Source of the DNA: Gemmatimonadota bacterium
GTDB lineage: Bacteria; Gemmatimonadota; Gemmatimonadetes; Gemmatimonadales; GWC2-71-9
Direction of reading: 5' to 3'
NCBI GenBank assembly: GCA_036679605.1
Contig: JAZDCZ010000020.1
Coordinates: 1-58,902, forward strand
DNA length: 58,902 nucleotides
The notes under the pieces were generated by a model. That model was not told the origin of the DNA and did no database searches. It saw nothing but the letters and a program-made list of their open reading frames with translations. How positions within the stretch are numbered: position 1 is the first letter of the stretch; each line of letters opens with the position of its first letter. Shown here one piece after another: positions 38,875 through 48,019 of the stretch. The position numbers were made by a program, and so were the translations under genes.

Positions 38875-41800
38875 CTACCGCCCCTCTCCCCTGTCAAGCA
38901 GTCCCCAATCGACATCCCCCCGCACTCCCTCCCACACCTGCAGCGGCCCGACGAGAATCTTGGTCCCGACCGATTTCCCCGACAGCCCGACGCGGAAGGG
39001 TCTATCGAGTGATAAGGTGCTTTCGCCTCGCCAAAGTGGCTTGCCGTTGAGCGCAAAGGCGCAGCGACCGTCCGGAAAGATCTGGAGGCGCACCGTGTAC
39101 CACCGGCCCGAGCGCACCCAGTCCTCTACAGGGACCAATTGCTGGGCTGTACCAGCTCCAAGCGCGATGCGCGCGAGCCAGAGGAAACCGTCTCCCCGGG
39201 GATAGTGGAAATTGTACGTGTGGGCACCGGTACCGCTGGGCAGAGATCCCGTCCGATGGTCCCAAGCCGCGAGGGTATCGACGTCAAGGTTGGCATCCAA
39301 GATTATGGTGAGGGATTGCCACTGTAGTGCGTCAATGGGCGTCGAGATAAGCGCCTCTATTCCCAAGCCGCGGTCTGCGCCGAACGCACGCCGTGAATAG
39401 ACGCCGCTGTGGTAGGTGCTGTCGCCCCGGTGCCACAAGGCCGATACTTGTTGTGGGCCGGTGGAGAGTGTGGGCTGGGGGATCCCGAAGGCTACCCACT
39501 CACCCGCAAAGTCATCGGTCCAGCTTTCCTTCAACAGTGTCACGAAACCCGGAGGCTGGATGGTCACCAGCACGGAGTCCTCGCGCCATCCTCCCGTGGA
39601 GACCTGAATCGTCACTGTCCCGAGTGATCGTGGGTGCACGATCCCCGGCGAGTCTACAGTCGCGATGGTGGTATCTCCGGAGCGCCACGACAGCACCGGC
39701 AGCGCCATCGGTTCGCCTGCGGTGTCGAACCCGTGGACCTCGAGGCGGTGCGACACGTCGAGTGGGATCCCTTGAAGCGGAGCAGATAGCTCAACCCGGT
39801 CGAGATACCTCCTGCTCCGGCCCTGCGGGTTCCACAACAGGAAGAAGTCCGCTGCCGGTTTTGCTCCGAACTCGACCCGCGCTATGAGGTCGGGTCGATC
39901 CACTGGGAACACGTACCACGCCGCTCCCGCATAGCCTGGGCGCTCGCCGAAGTACGCTGCCCAGCGACCATCCCCGCTCACCTCCCAGGTCCCAACGCCG
40001 CGTGCCCTGTCCACCACCTGTATCGCGGCCGACTCCACATCGAACCGTGCCAGCATCGACTGTTGAGCGCTGTCGAGCAAGACGAGAACCTGTCGCTGGT
40101 CGTACCATCCCAGGACCCCGTCCAGTCTATAACCTGATGGTGCTTTGCACTGCTCGATGCGGCCGTCCAGCGTGACCCAGCAAAGCTCCGGCGGACGCAT
40201 TTGGTAATACCCTCGCATGAACGCAATCCGGCTGCCGTCCGGGCTCCAGTTCGGAAACCTGTCGGAATTGTCACTCCGGGTAACCGAATGCAGTCCTCCG
40301 GTCTCCAACTCGAGAATCGCGAGGTCCTGACGGTGCCTGGGACTCCACCGTGTGGTCCCAAACACGAGGCGCCCCCCGTCCGGTCCCCAGCTCTGCTGCG
40401 TGTCATCACCCGGCGCGGTTGTGAGCCGTATCTCCCGGCCATCGTCCGTTGCGAGAAACAGGTCCAGCTCGCCTGAATCCGGCATGGTGCGATTGAACAC
40501 CCACGATTTGCCGTCCGGACCGAAGACCGGATTGTTTTGTCGCGCCAACGTTGCGAGTTCGGTACGGCGCTTCCCGCGAGCGCGCACATCAAGCGAGGCG
40601 AGATCCTCCCACCCGTCGCGATAGATCGGTACGGTGTAAACAGTCCCGCCTCCGTCATCCGTTCGGGCAACCGCTATCAGGACTGCGTCAGGCACGGGAC
40701 GATTGGGTTTCACCAGCGCCGCTGTCCCTGCGGCCAGCGTGGCAAGGACAAGCACGGCGGCCGCTGCGACGCGCCGGCCCGTCGTGAGACCGAGGCGAAC
40801 GTGAATCGGCAGGCTCGCAGCCAGGCGGCGGATTCGTGCCGGCGAGCGCGCCTCGCCCAGCAGTTCCGCCGCGAGTTCCGCTGGGGGACGCCGGTCGCCC
40901 AGCCTGCGACTGGCGGTGACAAGTCTGCGGTACACCGTCACGAGTTCCGGTTCGGCTTCGGCCGCCGCGAGATGTCGCCCGCCGCGGATCAGTTGCCGGA
41001 CGTCGCCATCGCCTTCCCGAACGAGTGCCCTGCCAAGCGCAGCGTGGGCCGGGTGGAGCGTACCGTCATCGGCCAGTTCCAGGGCCAGCGCAGCGATCTC
41101 ATCGTGCCCCGGTTCCCAGTCTCCCGTTGCCCGTGAGATGATCCCCCGCTGCTCCAGGGTGTCGAGGTCGGGCTGTGCTGCGTCTTGGGTCCTATCCGCG
41201 GCCCTCGCCAGCAATCCGGTGGTGATCGGGGTGCCGGCGACTGCAAGCAGAAGCAGCAGCGATCGCTGGCCGGGGGCGAGTTGCTCGATGCGGTGCCGGA
41301 GGGCCTCGCCTGCCTCAAGTTCTGCGGCGAGCACCGCCGGGTCGGCGCACTCCCAGCCCTCGGCGCTCAGCACCAGCGATCCACGCTCCAGCGCCATCTG
41401 GAAGGTCTCCATTATCAAGAGCGGCGAGCCCCCCGTCGCCGTATGGAGCCATGTCGGCAGTGCATCGGCCCACGGCGCGGCCGGAATGTTCCCCAGGCTA
41501 ACGAGCAGCGCGCTCACGTCGTGCGCCGACAGCGGTGGCAGTTCCAGTCGTTCGGTGGCGGGAACTTCGACACGGCCCTCGGGCGTGGGGCGGGCCGCCG
41601 TCACCACGAGGGAGCGCACCTCGTCCGACTTCTCGAGCAGGCTGCGAACTATCTGTCGGGACTGCGCGTCGGCCCAATGGATGTCGTCAATGAGCAATGC
41701 CACGGAGTGCTCGTCGGCGACGGCCTCGAGGAGTTCGCTCAGGGCGATCGTCCGGTGCCGCAGCGCTTCCTCGCCCACTGATTGATCCGGCGCTGCCGAG

Positions 41801-42912
41801 AACAGTGAGGAGAGGGAGGGATTAAGGGCGACGAGTGCGCCTGAGGCAGCTGGGGAGACACCCGCAGATCCCGGCAGCGCCGCGAGCGCCGCGGCGAGGT
41901 CGGAAACGAAGCTGTAAGCGAGGTGCCGACCGCCGGGGCTGGCACGGACGTAGATAGCCCGCGCACCGCTGGCTCGGAGTCGCGCGTGAATGTCGCTGAG
42001 TAGGCGCGTCTTCCCGAGCCCGGCACCTGCGCTCACGTGCACGTGCCGTCCGGGACGTTTACAGGCGGCGTCCCAGGCACGGATGATCCGGGAGAACTCC
42101 TGCTCGCGCCCCACCAGCTCGGCCACGAGGCTGCGTTGCTGCGGGCCGCTCGGTCCCTCGTCGGGTTTCTCCCGCACCAGAGCGAGCAGGGTCCGGGTCG
42201 CCGGTTCCGGCTCGCGGTGCTCGGCGGCGAGCATCTGCTCCAGTCCGTCGGCCTCGATCGCGGCGCGGAGGGGATCGTTCGCCGACAGGTACGATTCGAT
42301 CAACAACCGCCAGCGGCTCTGGCGTGTGGGATCGGTGTCCCGCAGCCTGCGGGCAAGCTGCTCGGCGTCCCGCCACCGAGCCCGGGACAGGTGATTTCGA
42401 ATCAGTGCTTCGGCAGCGCGGATGAAGGCGAGCCGCAGACGCTGCCGCTCGAGGTCCGCCCACTGCTCGAACTCCGCTCCGCCGGGTGCGGCAAACAGGG
42501 GGAGGAAGTCTCCGTGGTATAACGCGACCGCATGCTCGAGGTCCCCGTGCTCCACCGCCTCAAGGAATTCGTCGCGATCGGACCGCACGGTCCCAGCGAG
42601 GGTCAACTCGGCGTCCGATCCCAGCAGCGTGTCTTCGCCCACCCGGTGGCGAATGAACCACACCGTCTGGCGCAGCGCCCGGCGGGCGAGGTCGGGGTGA
42701 GCGTCCGCCCACAGCAGGTCGATCAGGTGCTCCCGGCTCGCCGTGCGCCGCGGGCTGCAAGCCAAGTAGACGACCAGTGCGATCGCCTTGCCGGGCCGCA
42801 AGGCTGTAGTCACTCCCTGTTCGGCGGATGAATAGGAGAGTGCGGCCCCGCCGAGCGTCACGAGCGTGAGGCGGGTCCCTGGAGGAGGCGGGATTGAGCG
42901 GTTGTTCGGCAT
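38875..42912 (-). CDS. SARP-type wHTH-BTAD + AAA ATPase + TM + PD40 propeller + Ig-like + C-terminal beta domain
   Basis: REHLIDLLW...ALRQ, ALYHGDFL, LVGREQE, GLGKT, LIDDIHWAD, TGGSPL; TM AAAAVLVLATLAAGTAAL; WSPDG repeats; WRSGDTTIATVDS. Confidence 0.85.
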   Translation of the reverse strand: MPNNRSIPPPPGTRLTLVTLGGAALSYSSAEQGVTTALRPGKAIALVVYLACSPRRTASREHLIDLLWADAHPDLARRALRQTVWFIRHRVGEDTLLGSDAELTLAGTVRSDRDEFLEAVEHGDLEHAVALYHGDFLPLFAAPGGAEFEQWADLERQRLRLAFIRAAEALIRNHLSRARWRDAEQLARRLRDTDPTRQSRWRLLIESYLSANDPLRAAIEADGLEQMLAAEHREPEPATRTLLALVREKPDEGPSGPQQRSLVAELVGREQEFSRIIRAWDAACKRPGRHVHVSAGAGLGKTRLLSDIHARLRASGARAIYVRASPGGRHLAYSFVSDLAAALAALPGSAGVSPAASGALVALNPSLSSLFSAAPDQSVGEEALRHRTIALSELLEAVADEHSVALLIDDIHWADAQSRQIVRSLLEKSDEVRSLVVTAARPTPEGRVEVPATERLELPPLSAHDVSALLVSLGNIPAAPWADALPTWLHTATGGSPLLIMETFQMALERGSLVLSAEGWECADPAVLAAELEAGEALRHRIEQLAPGQRSLLLLLAVAGTPITTGLLARAADRTQDAAQPDLDTLEQRGIISRATGDWEPGHDEIAALALELADDGTLHPAHAALGRALVREGDGDVRQLIRGGRHLAAAEAEPELVTVYRRLVTASRRLGDRRPPAELAAELLGEARSPARIRRLAASLPIHVRLGLTTGRRVAAAAVLVLATLAAGTAALVKPNRPVPDAVLIAVARTDDGGGTVYTVPIYRDGWEDLASLDVRARGKRRTELATLARQNNPVFGPDGKSWVFNRTMPDSGELDLFLATDDGREIRLTTAPGDDTQQSWGPDGGRLVFGTTRWSPRHRQDLAILELETGGLHSVTRSDNSDRFPNWSPDGSRIAFMRGYYQMRPPELCWVTLDGRIEQCKAPSGYRLDGVLGWYDQRQVLVLLDSAQQSMLARFDVESAAIQVVDRARGVGTWEVSGDGRWAAYFGERPGYAGAAWYVFPVDRPDLIARVEFGAKPAADFFLLWNPQGRSRRYLDRVELSAPLQGIPLDVSHRLEVHGFDTAGEPMALPVLSWRSGDTTIATVDSPGIVHPRSLGTVTIQVSTGGWREDSVLVTIQPPGFVTLLKESWTDDFAGEWVAFGIPQPTLSTGPQQVSALWHRGDSTYHSGVYSRRAFGADRGLGIEALISTPIDALQWQSLTIILDANLDVDTLAAWDHRTGSLPSGTGAHTYNFHYPRGDGFLWLARIALGAGTAQQLVPVEDWVRSGRWYTVRLQIFPDGRCAFALNGKPLWRGESTLSLDRPFRVGLSGKSVGTKILVGPLQVWEGVRGDVDWGLLDRGEGR

Positions 42913-42928
42913 CTAACGCCCATCTAAC
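42910..42928. promoter_or_regulatory. CATCTAAC direct repeat with 11-bp period overlapping the BTAD start, candidate SARP-type operator
   Basis: CATCTAACgccCATCTAAC; retained in the duplicate at 44487-44505. Confidence 0.45.
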
Positions 42929-43087
42929 CCAAGGGTGGCTAACAATAATGTTGATACTTAACCAACCCCCGGTCACCGCTCATCCGGTCGGGCTGTTTCG
43001 CGTCTTCAGTGGAAAAGCTACGGCTCGGGTGGTGGGTCTGCAAGGCGCCGTGCGGCGTGGCCGGGGGTCCATGTCTGGAGGTGCTGT

Positions 43088-44182
43088 ATGCGCAAACTTG
43101 CTTTCATACCTCTCTTGGCGCTCCTGGCGGCGTGTACCGACAGGGGCCCGATTGGGCCCGGCGATCAAGAAGCCGGCGACATCGTGGCTGCCAAGGGTGG
43201 AATCCCGGGACCTCCGGACAAGGACAAACCACCCGAAGAACCACCCCCCGCGCTCCCCGCAGACCCGGCCATTGCCTTTAACACGTACAATGCCGAGACT
43301 GGCTACTGCCTGCGAGTTATGAATGACGACGGCTCGAATGACACCGGTCTGATCTGCGGCTCAGGCGTCCTGAGTCCCTCCTGGTCGCCGGACGGAACGA
43401 GTATCGCGTTCACGAAGCGGTGGTACACGGCCAGTGGTCACTACGAGCTGTGGCGAATGGACGTCAGGGTAGTTGAGGGCGTTCTGGTCTCGAGCGAGAA
43501 CGGGCCGCTCGCGAGCCCTGCAGGTGAGCCCGCCTGGTCGCCTATGAAGCCACCAGGATTCAGCAGCGAGATCATCGCGTACCCTGAGGCGGGCTTCGTT
43601 GATGACGTCCAGCGCAACTTCTTGCGCTACATCTGTCCAGAAGATGGCGATGACACCTGCTCGGGCATCCTGTACACGGCAGCCGAGGGGGTAACGGTCC
43701 AGTTCCCCGCGTGGAGCCCGGACGCCAGTAGTATCGCCATTGTTGAGACAGAGACGTCCGAGTCCGGCCCGGCTGTATGGCGAATCAAGATCCACGACCT
43801 CAACACAACAGGAGCGGTGACCGTTTTCGACGGTGGAGACCAGTTCACGGAGATCTGGGACCTCGACTGGTCTCGGACGGGTGACCGTCTAGCGTTCGCC
43901 GCCGGGACAGCGAGCGGCAAGGGGCGCAAGGGCAAGGGCACACAAGACGTGTACACGCTCGGTGTCAGTCAGGGGGCTACGGGGAGCTGGCAGAGGGGTA
44001 CGCTCACGCAGGTGATCGAGGGCATCGGACCCAGCTGGTCGCCGCATGACGCGTACCTGGTCGTAACCAGCGAGCGCAACCTCGTCAAGATCAACCTCAT
44101 CACTGATTACGCTACTGAGACGTTGAGACAGGGGGGCCTATCGTTCAATCCGGACTGGCGGCGAGATCCGCCGGGCAATTAG
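43088..44182 (+). CDS. TolB-like PD40 beta-propeller lipoprotein
   Basis: GGAGG RBS, lipobox LAAC, multiple PSWSPDG-type repeats. Confidence 0.82.
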   Translation: MRKLAFIPLLALLAACTDRGPIGPGDQEAGDIVAAKGGIPGPPDKDKPPEEPPPALPADPAIAFNTYNAETGYCLRVMNDDGSNDTGLICGSGVLSPSWSPDGTSIAFTKRWYTASGHYELWRMDVRVVEGVLVSSENGPLASPAGEPAWSPMKPPGFSSEIIAYPEAGFVDDVQRNFLRYICPEDGDDTCSGILYTAAEGVTVQFPAWSPDASSIAIVETETSESGPAVWRIKIHDLNTTGAVTVFDGGDQFTEIWDLDWSRTGDRLAFAAGTASGKGRKGKGTQDVYTLGVSQGATGSWQRGTLTQVIEGIGPSWSPHDAYLVVTSERNLVKINLITDYATETLRQGGLSFNPDWRRDPPGN

Positions 44183-44215
44183 CGGAAAGCGTGAATTGAA
44201 ATGGGCCGAGGCTGA

Positions 44216-44235
44216 CCCCGGGCGCAAGCCCGGGG
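44216..44235. terminator. GC hairpin CCCCGGGC-GCAA-GCCCGGGG (terminator or REP-type)
   Basis: Perfect 8-bp stem with a GNRA loop downstream of the lipoprotein gene; no U-tract. Confidence 0.45.
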
Positions 44236-44238
44236 ATC

Positions 44239-44357
44239 GGCCCTACCGCACCCGCCTCGTCTTGCGCCGCATGGAATCCATCAGGATGTACTGCCCCAGC
44301 GTCATGGTGTTGGTGAAGTAACCCTTCCCGCCGAGTTCGCACACGTTCTTCACCAAC
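44239..44357 (-). pseudogene. 3' end remnant of a probable VWA-domain gene, copy 1
   Basis: Reads LVKNVCELGGKGYFTNTMTLGQYILMDSMRRKTRRVR*; homologous to 46088-46209. Confidence 0.7.
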
Positions 44358-44371
44358 TTGGCCAAGCTCCA

Positions 44372-44644
44372 GCCGCAGGGCGGTAGTTACTCCCTGTTCG
44401 GCGGATGAATAGGTGAGTGCGGCCCCGCCGAGCGTCACCAGCGTGAGGCGGGTCCCTGGAGGAGGCGGGATTGAGCGGTTGTTCGGCATCTAACGCCCAT
44501 CTAACCCAAGGGTGGCTAACAATAATGTTGATACCTAACCAACCCCCGGTCACCGCTCGTCCGGTCGGGCTGTTTCGCGTCTTCAGTGGAAGAGTTACGG
44601 CTCGGGTGGTGGGTCGGCAAGGCGCCGTCTGGCGTGGCCGGGGG
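44372..44644 (-). pseudogene. Duplicate of the BTAD gene 5' end and its divergent promoter region
   Basis: 273 bp colinear and highly similar to 42795-43067. Confidence 0.95.
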
Positions 44645-44717
44645 GATTCACCAGCAGAGGTCAGCCCGCAGCAATCTGCGGTTATTCCAGTCGACTTCTT
44701 AGAACGGGGGTACTGAT

Positions 44718-45389
44718 ATGTCGTCTTTGATCATGCGTCTTGGCATGGCCGGCTCGCTCGTCGTATTTACGGGATGCTCTATCCCAGCGGGCAACACCGA
44801 GCCCGAGCTCATCCCCGTGTCGTGGCGCCTGCCGGTGTGGAATGCACTCGCTGAGACCCAGCCTGTGCAGTCGCGGGGAGGAATCTCCATCTCCGTAGCG
44901 CCGGGCTCATACACGACCGATCGTCGCTCAAAGGTGCAGCGAACTGAGTACCGACCGTTCCTCGCCGGTGAGGATACGCGGTACTTCCATGTGACTGAGC
45001 AGCCTTACGTCGTCGTGAAGCCTTCCACGCTCCAATTCGAAGTTGTGATTACCAACAGTCTAGACCGCGTTTTCCGGGGCGCTGGCGCCGTCCTATCGAT
45101 GAGTTATAACGGCCAGTCTGTGGCGGTTCCACAAGAGGGTACTGCGGAGTTCCTGAATGTGACCGTGATCCCTCGCGGCCGAGTCGAGCTCTCAATTACG
45201 GGGCCGCCCTTGCAGGCGTTGCAGGATTCGGGTGTGGTGGCACTCTTCATCTACGACGTGGTGACGGAAGTCGATGACGCAGGCAATCCTACGAAAAAGG
45301 ACAACTTCGTGTGGTACTACAACCTTACTTACAACGTCCAGAGGGAGATGTTCCCCATGGTGAGGCGGAACCAAGCGGTGAAACGGTAA
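44718..45389 (+). CDS. Hypothetical lipoprotein
   Basis: Lipobox FTGC; beta-rich 223 aa ORF behind the duplicated promoter. Confidence 0.7.
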   Translation: MSSLIMRLGMAGSLVVFTGCSIPAGNTEPELIPVSWRLPVWNALAETQPVQSRGGISISVAPGSYTTDRRSKVQRTEYRPFLAGEDTRYFHVTEQPYVVVKPSTLQFEVVITNSLDRVFRGAGAVLSMSYNGQSVAVPQEGTAEFLNVTVIPRGRVELSITGPPLQALQDSGVVALFIYDVVTEVDDAGNPTKKDNFVWYYNLTYNVQREMFPMVRRNQAVKR

Positions 45390-45639
45390 GCTCCTCTCGG
45401 GCAGCGTTCAGTTCCTGCGGACCGCCGGTGCGATCCGTTGCCCTAGGTGGCCGGTGGACACAAAAGGTCTGTAACGAGGCTCGAAGCATTCCGTCGAATG
45501 CCGCCCGAACACCCGACCGTGTCTGTCCAAGTTCAGTGGCAACATTAGGGATTGGACCAAGAACCAGTGAGGTGGGTGGGGTCCGGGTGAGCATCGGCCG
45601 ACCTCAAGACGGCCATAGTACCCAATAGAAGCGAACGAT

Positions 45640-46087
45640 ATGACCCGAACACTGTTGCGTTCGCACAACTTGGTGCTAATTGCGCTGTTTGCGGGCCTAC
45701 TGGTCGTCAGCTGCGACGACGATGTGGGCGGCCGTCCTACTCCGCAATTCGCCAATTTCTCGCTGGCTCCGTCCTTCGTAACACACGCTACGGGGGTCGT
45801 GGACATCAACAGAATCCATGTCGTCCTGACCCGCGAAAGCGATCAGTCAGTGGCGCTGGATACCGTGTTCCAGGTAACGCTGGGTGCACACTCTGTTGCT
45901 CTGACTCTCACCGTCACTCTGAGGGAATCACCAGAGAGTTTCCAACTCACCATGTATTTCATCACGCCGACGAACGATACCGCCTTTGTGGGCGGGCCTG
46001 TGAGCGTAACCGCCAGTACCGACACGCCGAGTGACGCTCCACAGGTGCCGATAAACGTACCCACTGTTTATGTGGGCGTGGGCGCCA
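45640..46087 (+). pseudogene. Truncated Ig-like lipoprotein
   Basis: Lipobox VVSC and beta-rich sequence up to YVGVGA, then it reads into the antisense VWA remnant. Confidence 0.6.
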
Positions 46088-46209
46088 GGCCCTACCGCAT
46101 CCGCCTCGTCTTGCGCCGCATGAAATCCATCAGAATGCACTGGCCGAGCGTCATCGTGTTCGTGAAGCGCCTCTTGCCACGGGCGATCTCGCACACCTTC
46201 TTCACCAAC
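46088..46209 (-). pseudogene. 3' end remnant of a probable VWA-domain gene, copy 2
   Basis: Reads LVKKVCEIARGKRRFTNTMTLGQCILMDFMRRKTRRMR*. Confidence 0.7.
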
Positions 46210-46210
46210 A

Positions 46211-46410
46211 GAGCCGAACGGTCCTCTCGAAGTGTGGATACTCGACGATCCACCCATCGAGCCGGGGGGCGTTCTCTTAGAAACCGTTGCAAGTGAAGTG
46301 TGCGGTACGGACGTGCACCTGCATCACGGAAGACTGGAAGGAGTTCCGTACTCAATCATTCCGGGTCATGTCAGTGTCGGGTGCGTCCTTGAAGCCGATG
46401 GTGTTGAGAA
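46211..46410 (+). pseudogene. N-terminal fragment of a zinc-dependent alcohol dehydrogenase (MDR)
   Basis: SEVCGTDVHLHHG...IIPGHVSVG; homology stops after about 65 aa. Confidence 0.75.
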
Positions 46411-46501
46411 ACGTCTGCCCTGTCTGCCCCAAGAACTGGCGTGTGCGTGTCTCGCTAGCCCGGCCGCTCACCAACACTACGCGTCTCGCCAAGGCTCAGG
46501 C

Positions 46502-46590
46502 GACCGGGTCGCGGAGTTGGAGGCAGGCTGCTGGAACTCGAAGAGCGCCTCAACTTTCACGAACGCGTGCTCACGGAGATCCAGCAATAA
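46502..46590 (+). pseudogene. Frameshifted remnant of the small coiled-coil family seen at 29830
   Basis: DRVAELE / RLLELEERLNFHERVLTEIQQ*. Confidence 0.5.
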
Positions 46591-46608
46591 GCAAAACTGG
46601 ATCGGCGA

Positions 46609-48015
46609 CTACAGAAACATTAGGACATACACCAGCGCCAACAGAATCTGGATCGCTGCAAACGGCGCTGCCTTGCGCACGAACTGCCCAAAGCTGAAGG
46701 GGATCTCGTGTTTGTGCATGATGGTCACCGCAACCAGAGTAGAGGCCGAGCCGATGGGCGTGAGATTCCCTCCCAGGTTGGCACCGAAGATCACCGCCCA
46801 CCATAGCGGATCGCTTGCCAGCCGCAGGCCGCCTCCGGTAACCGGTATCCCGGCGATAATCTTGGCGAGCATGGCAGCCAGAGGGATGTTATCGGTGACC
46901 GAGCTGAATCCGGCGGCAGCAACGAGAACTGCTGCCGTACCCGAAGTCGGCCCGAGGGCAATTATGCGCTCGACCCCCTCGCCGATCAGCCCCAGAACCT
47001 GCGCATGCTCCATGATATTGATCACGACGAACAGCGCCGCGAAGAAGCCCAACAGGTCCCAGTCTATTCCTTTATAGAACTCATCTGCTTCGTGCTTGTA
47101 CCGGATGAGCATGACGAGGGCAAACGCGATGGCGATGAAACCCATGCCAAGATCGCTGATGACCGGTGTGGCTGACGCGGCGGCTATCGCCACGATGAAG
47201 GCCAACAGCATGAAGGCTGCGAACCAGAAGAACGCGCGGCTCTCGATCCCGTCGTTCTCGTCGAACCCCGCGATCAGCTTCACTGCGTCCGTGCGGTCTT
47301 CCTCTGACTCCAGCGCACGGATGCCGAAGAGCTTGGCGCCCAGCACGATCGTGACTATCGTAGCCACGAAGACGTAGGGGCTCGCCTTGAGGAAGAATGT
47401 CACGAAGCTGATCCCTGCGGCGGTTCCCACGATGATGTTGGGCACGGAGCTGATCAGGGTCAGTAATCCGCCGACGTTGGTGAGGAGTCCCTCGATCAGA
47501 AGAAAGCCGAGCAGCATGTGCGAGCGCCCCAGCCTGCCGAGCGAGACGGCACTCAACGAGCCCACGATGATCATCGCAGTGACGTTGTTGAGGACCGCCG
47601 AGAAGACAACGGTCATGAGCCCGTAGAGCCAGAGCAGTCTGCGTGGATCACCCTTCGAGATCTTGGTCAGCTTGATTGCGATCCAGGTAAAGAGCCCCGA
47701 GCGTGATGTCACGTCTACGAAGAGGCTCGCACCCAGGATGATCGCGATCACCCCCCAGTCGATCGCGGGGATGTAGACCGGGAGATCGACCATCTGTCCG
47801 CCGATGTCGTACGGGCCCAGTGGCAGCGGCAACAGGATATCACCCAAGACGAGGCAGAACGCTGCGAAAAGTCCAACGATCAACGACTTCTTAGCGTGAA
47901 GTTTTTCCTCCATCGCCAAGCACACGATGAGCGCGACAAGGATCCCGGCGAATAGGAGGGTCGTTTGCAGCGGGATCTCATGGATGGCTGTGTGGGAGGC
48001 TTGAATCGTAGTCAT
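46609..48015 (-). CDS. ArsB/NhaD/SLC13-type anion or cation permease
   Basis: IDWGVI, SAVLNNVT, TNVGGLLTLISSVPN, SSVTDNIP, GANLGGNLTPIGSAS; many TM helices; start MTTIQ. Confidence 0.88.
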   Translation of the reverse strand: MTTIQASHTAIHEIPLQTTLLFAGILVALIVCLAMEEKLHAKKSLIVGLFAAFCLVLGDILLPLPLGPYDIGGQMVDLPVYIPAIDWGVIAIILGASLFVDVTSRSGLFTWIAIKLTKISKGDPRRLLWLYGLMTVVFSAVLNNVTAMIIVGSLSAVSLGRLGRSHMLLGFLLIEGLLTNVGGLLTLISSVPNIIVGTAAGISFVTFFLKASPYVFVATIVTIVLGAKLFGIRALESEEDRTDAVKLIAGFDENDGIESRAFFWFAAFMLLAFIVAIAAASATPVISDLGMGFIAIAFALVMLIRYKHEADEFYKGIDWDLLGFFAALFVVINIMEHAQVLGLIGEGVERIIALGPTSGTAAVLVAAAGFSSVTDNIPLAAMLAKIIAGIPVTGGGLRLASDPLWWAVIFGANLGGNLTPIGSASTLVAVTIMHKHEIPFSFGQFVRKAAPFAAIQILLALVYVLMFL

Positions 48016-48019
48016 CCCC

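Noticed and set aside
46232..47077. 281-aa alcohol dehydrogenase
   Set aside because: Only the first ~60 aa are MDR-like; the rest is read-through, largely antisense to the permease
35977..47181. Diversity-generating retroelement (FGE-sulfatase domain plus near-duplicate segments)
   Set aside because: No reverse transcriptase, mismatches between duplicates are not adenine-specific, and senA has no template repeat
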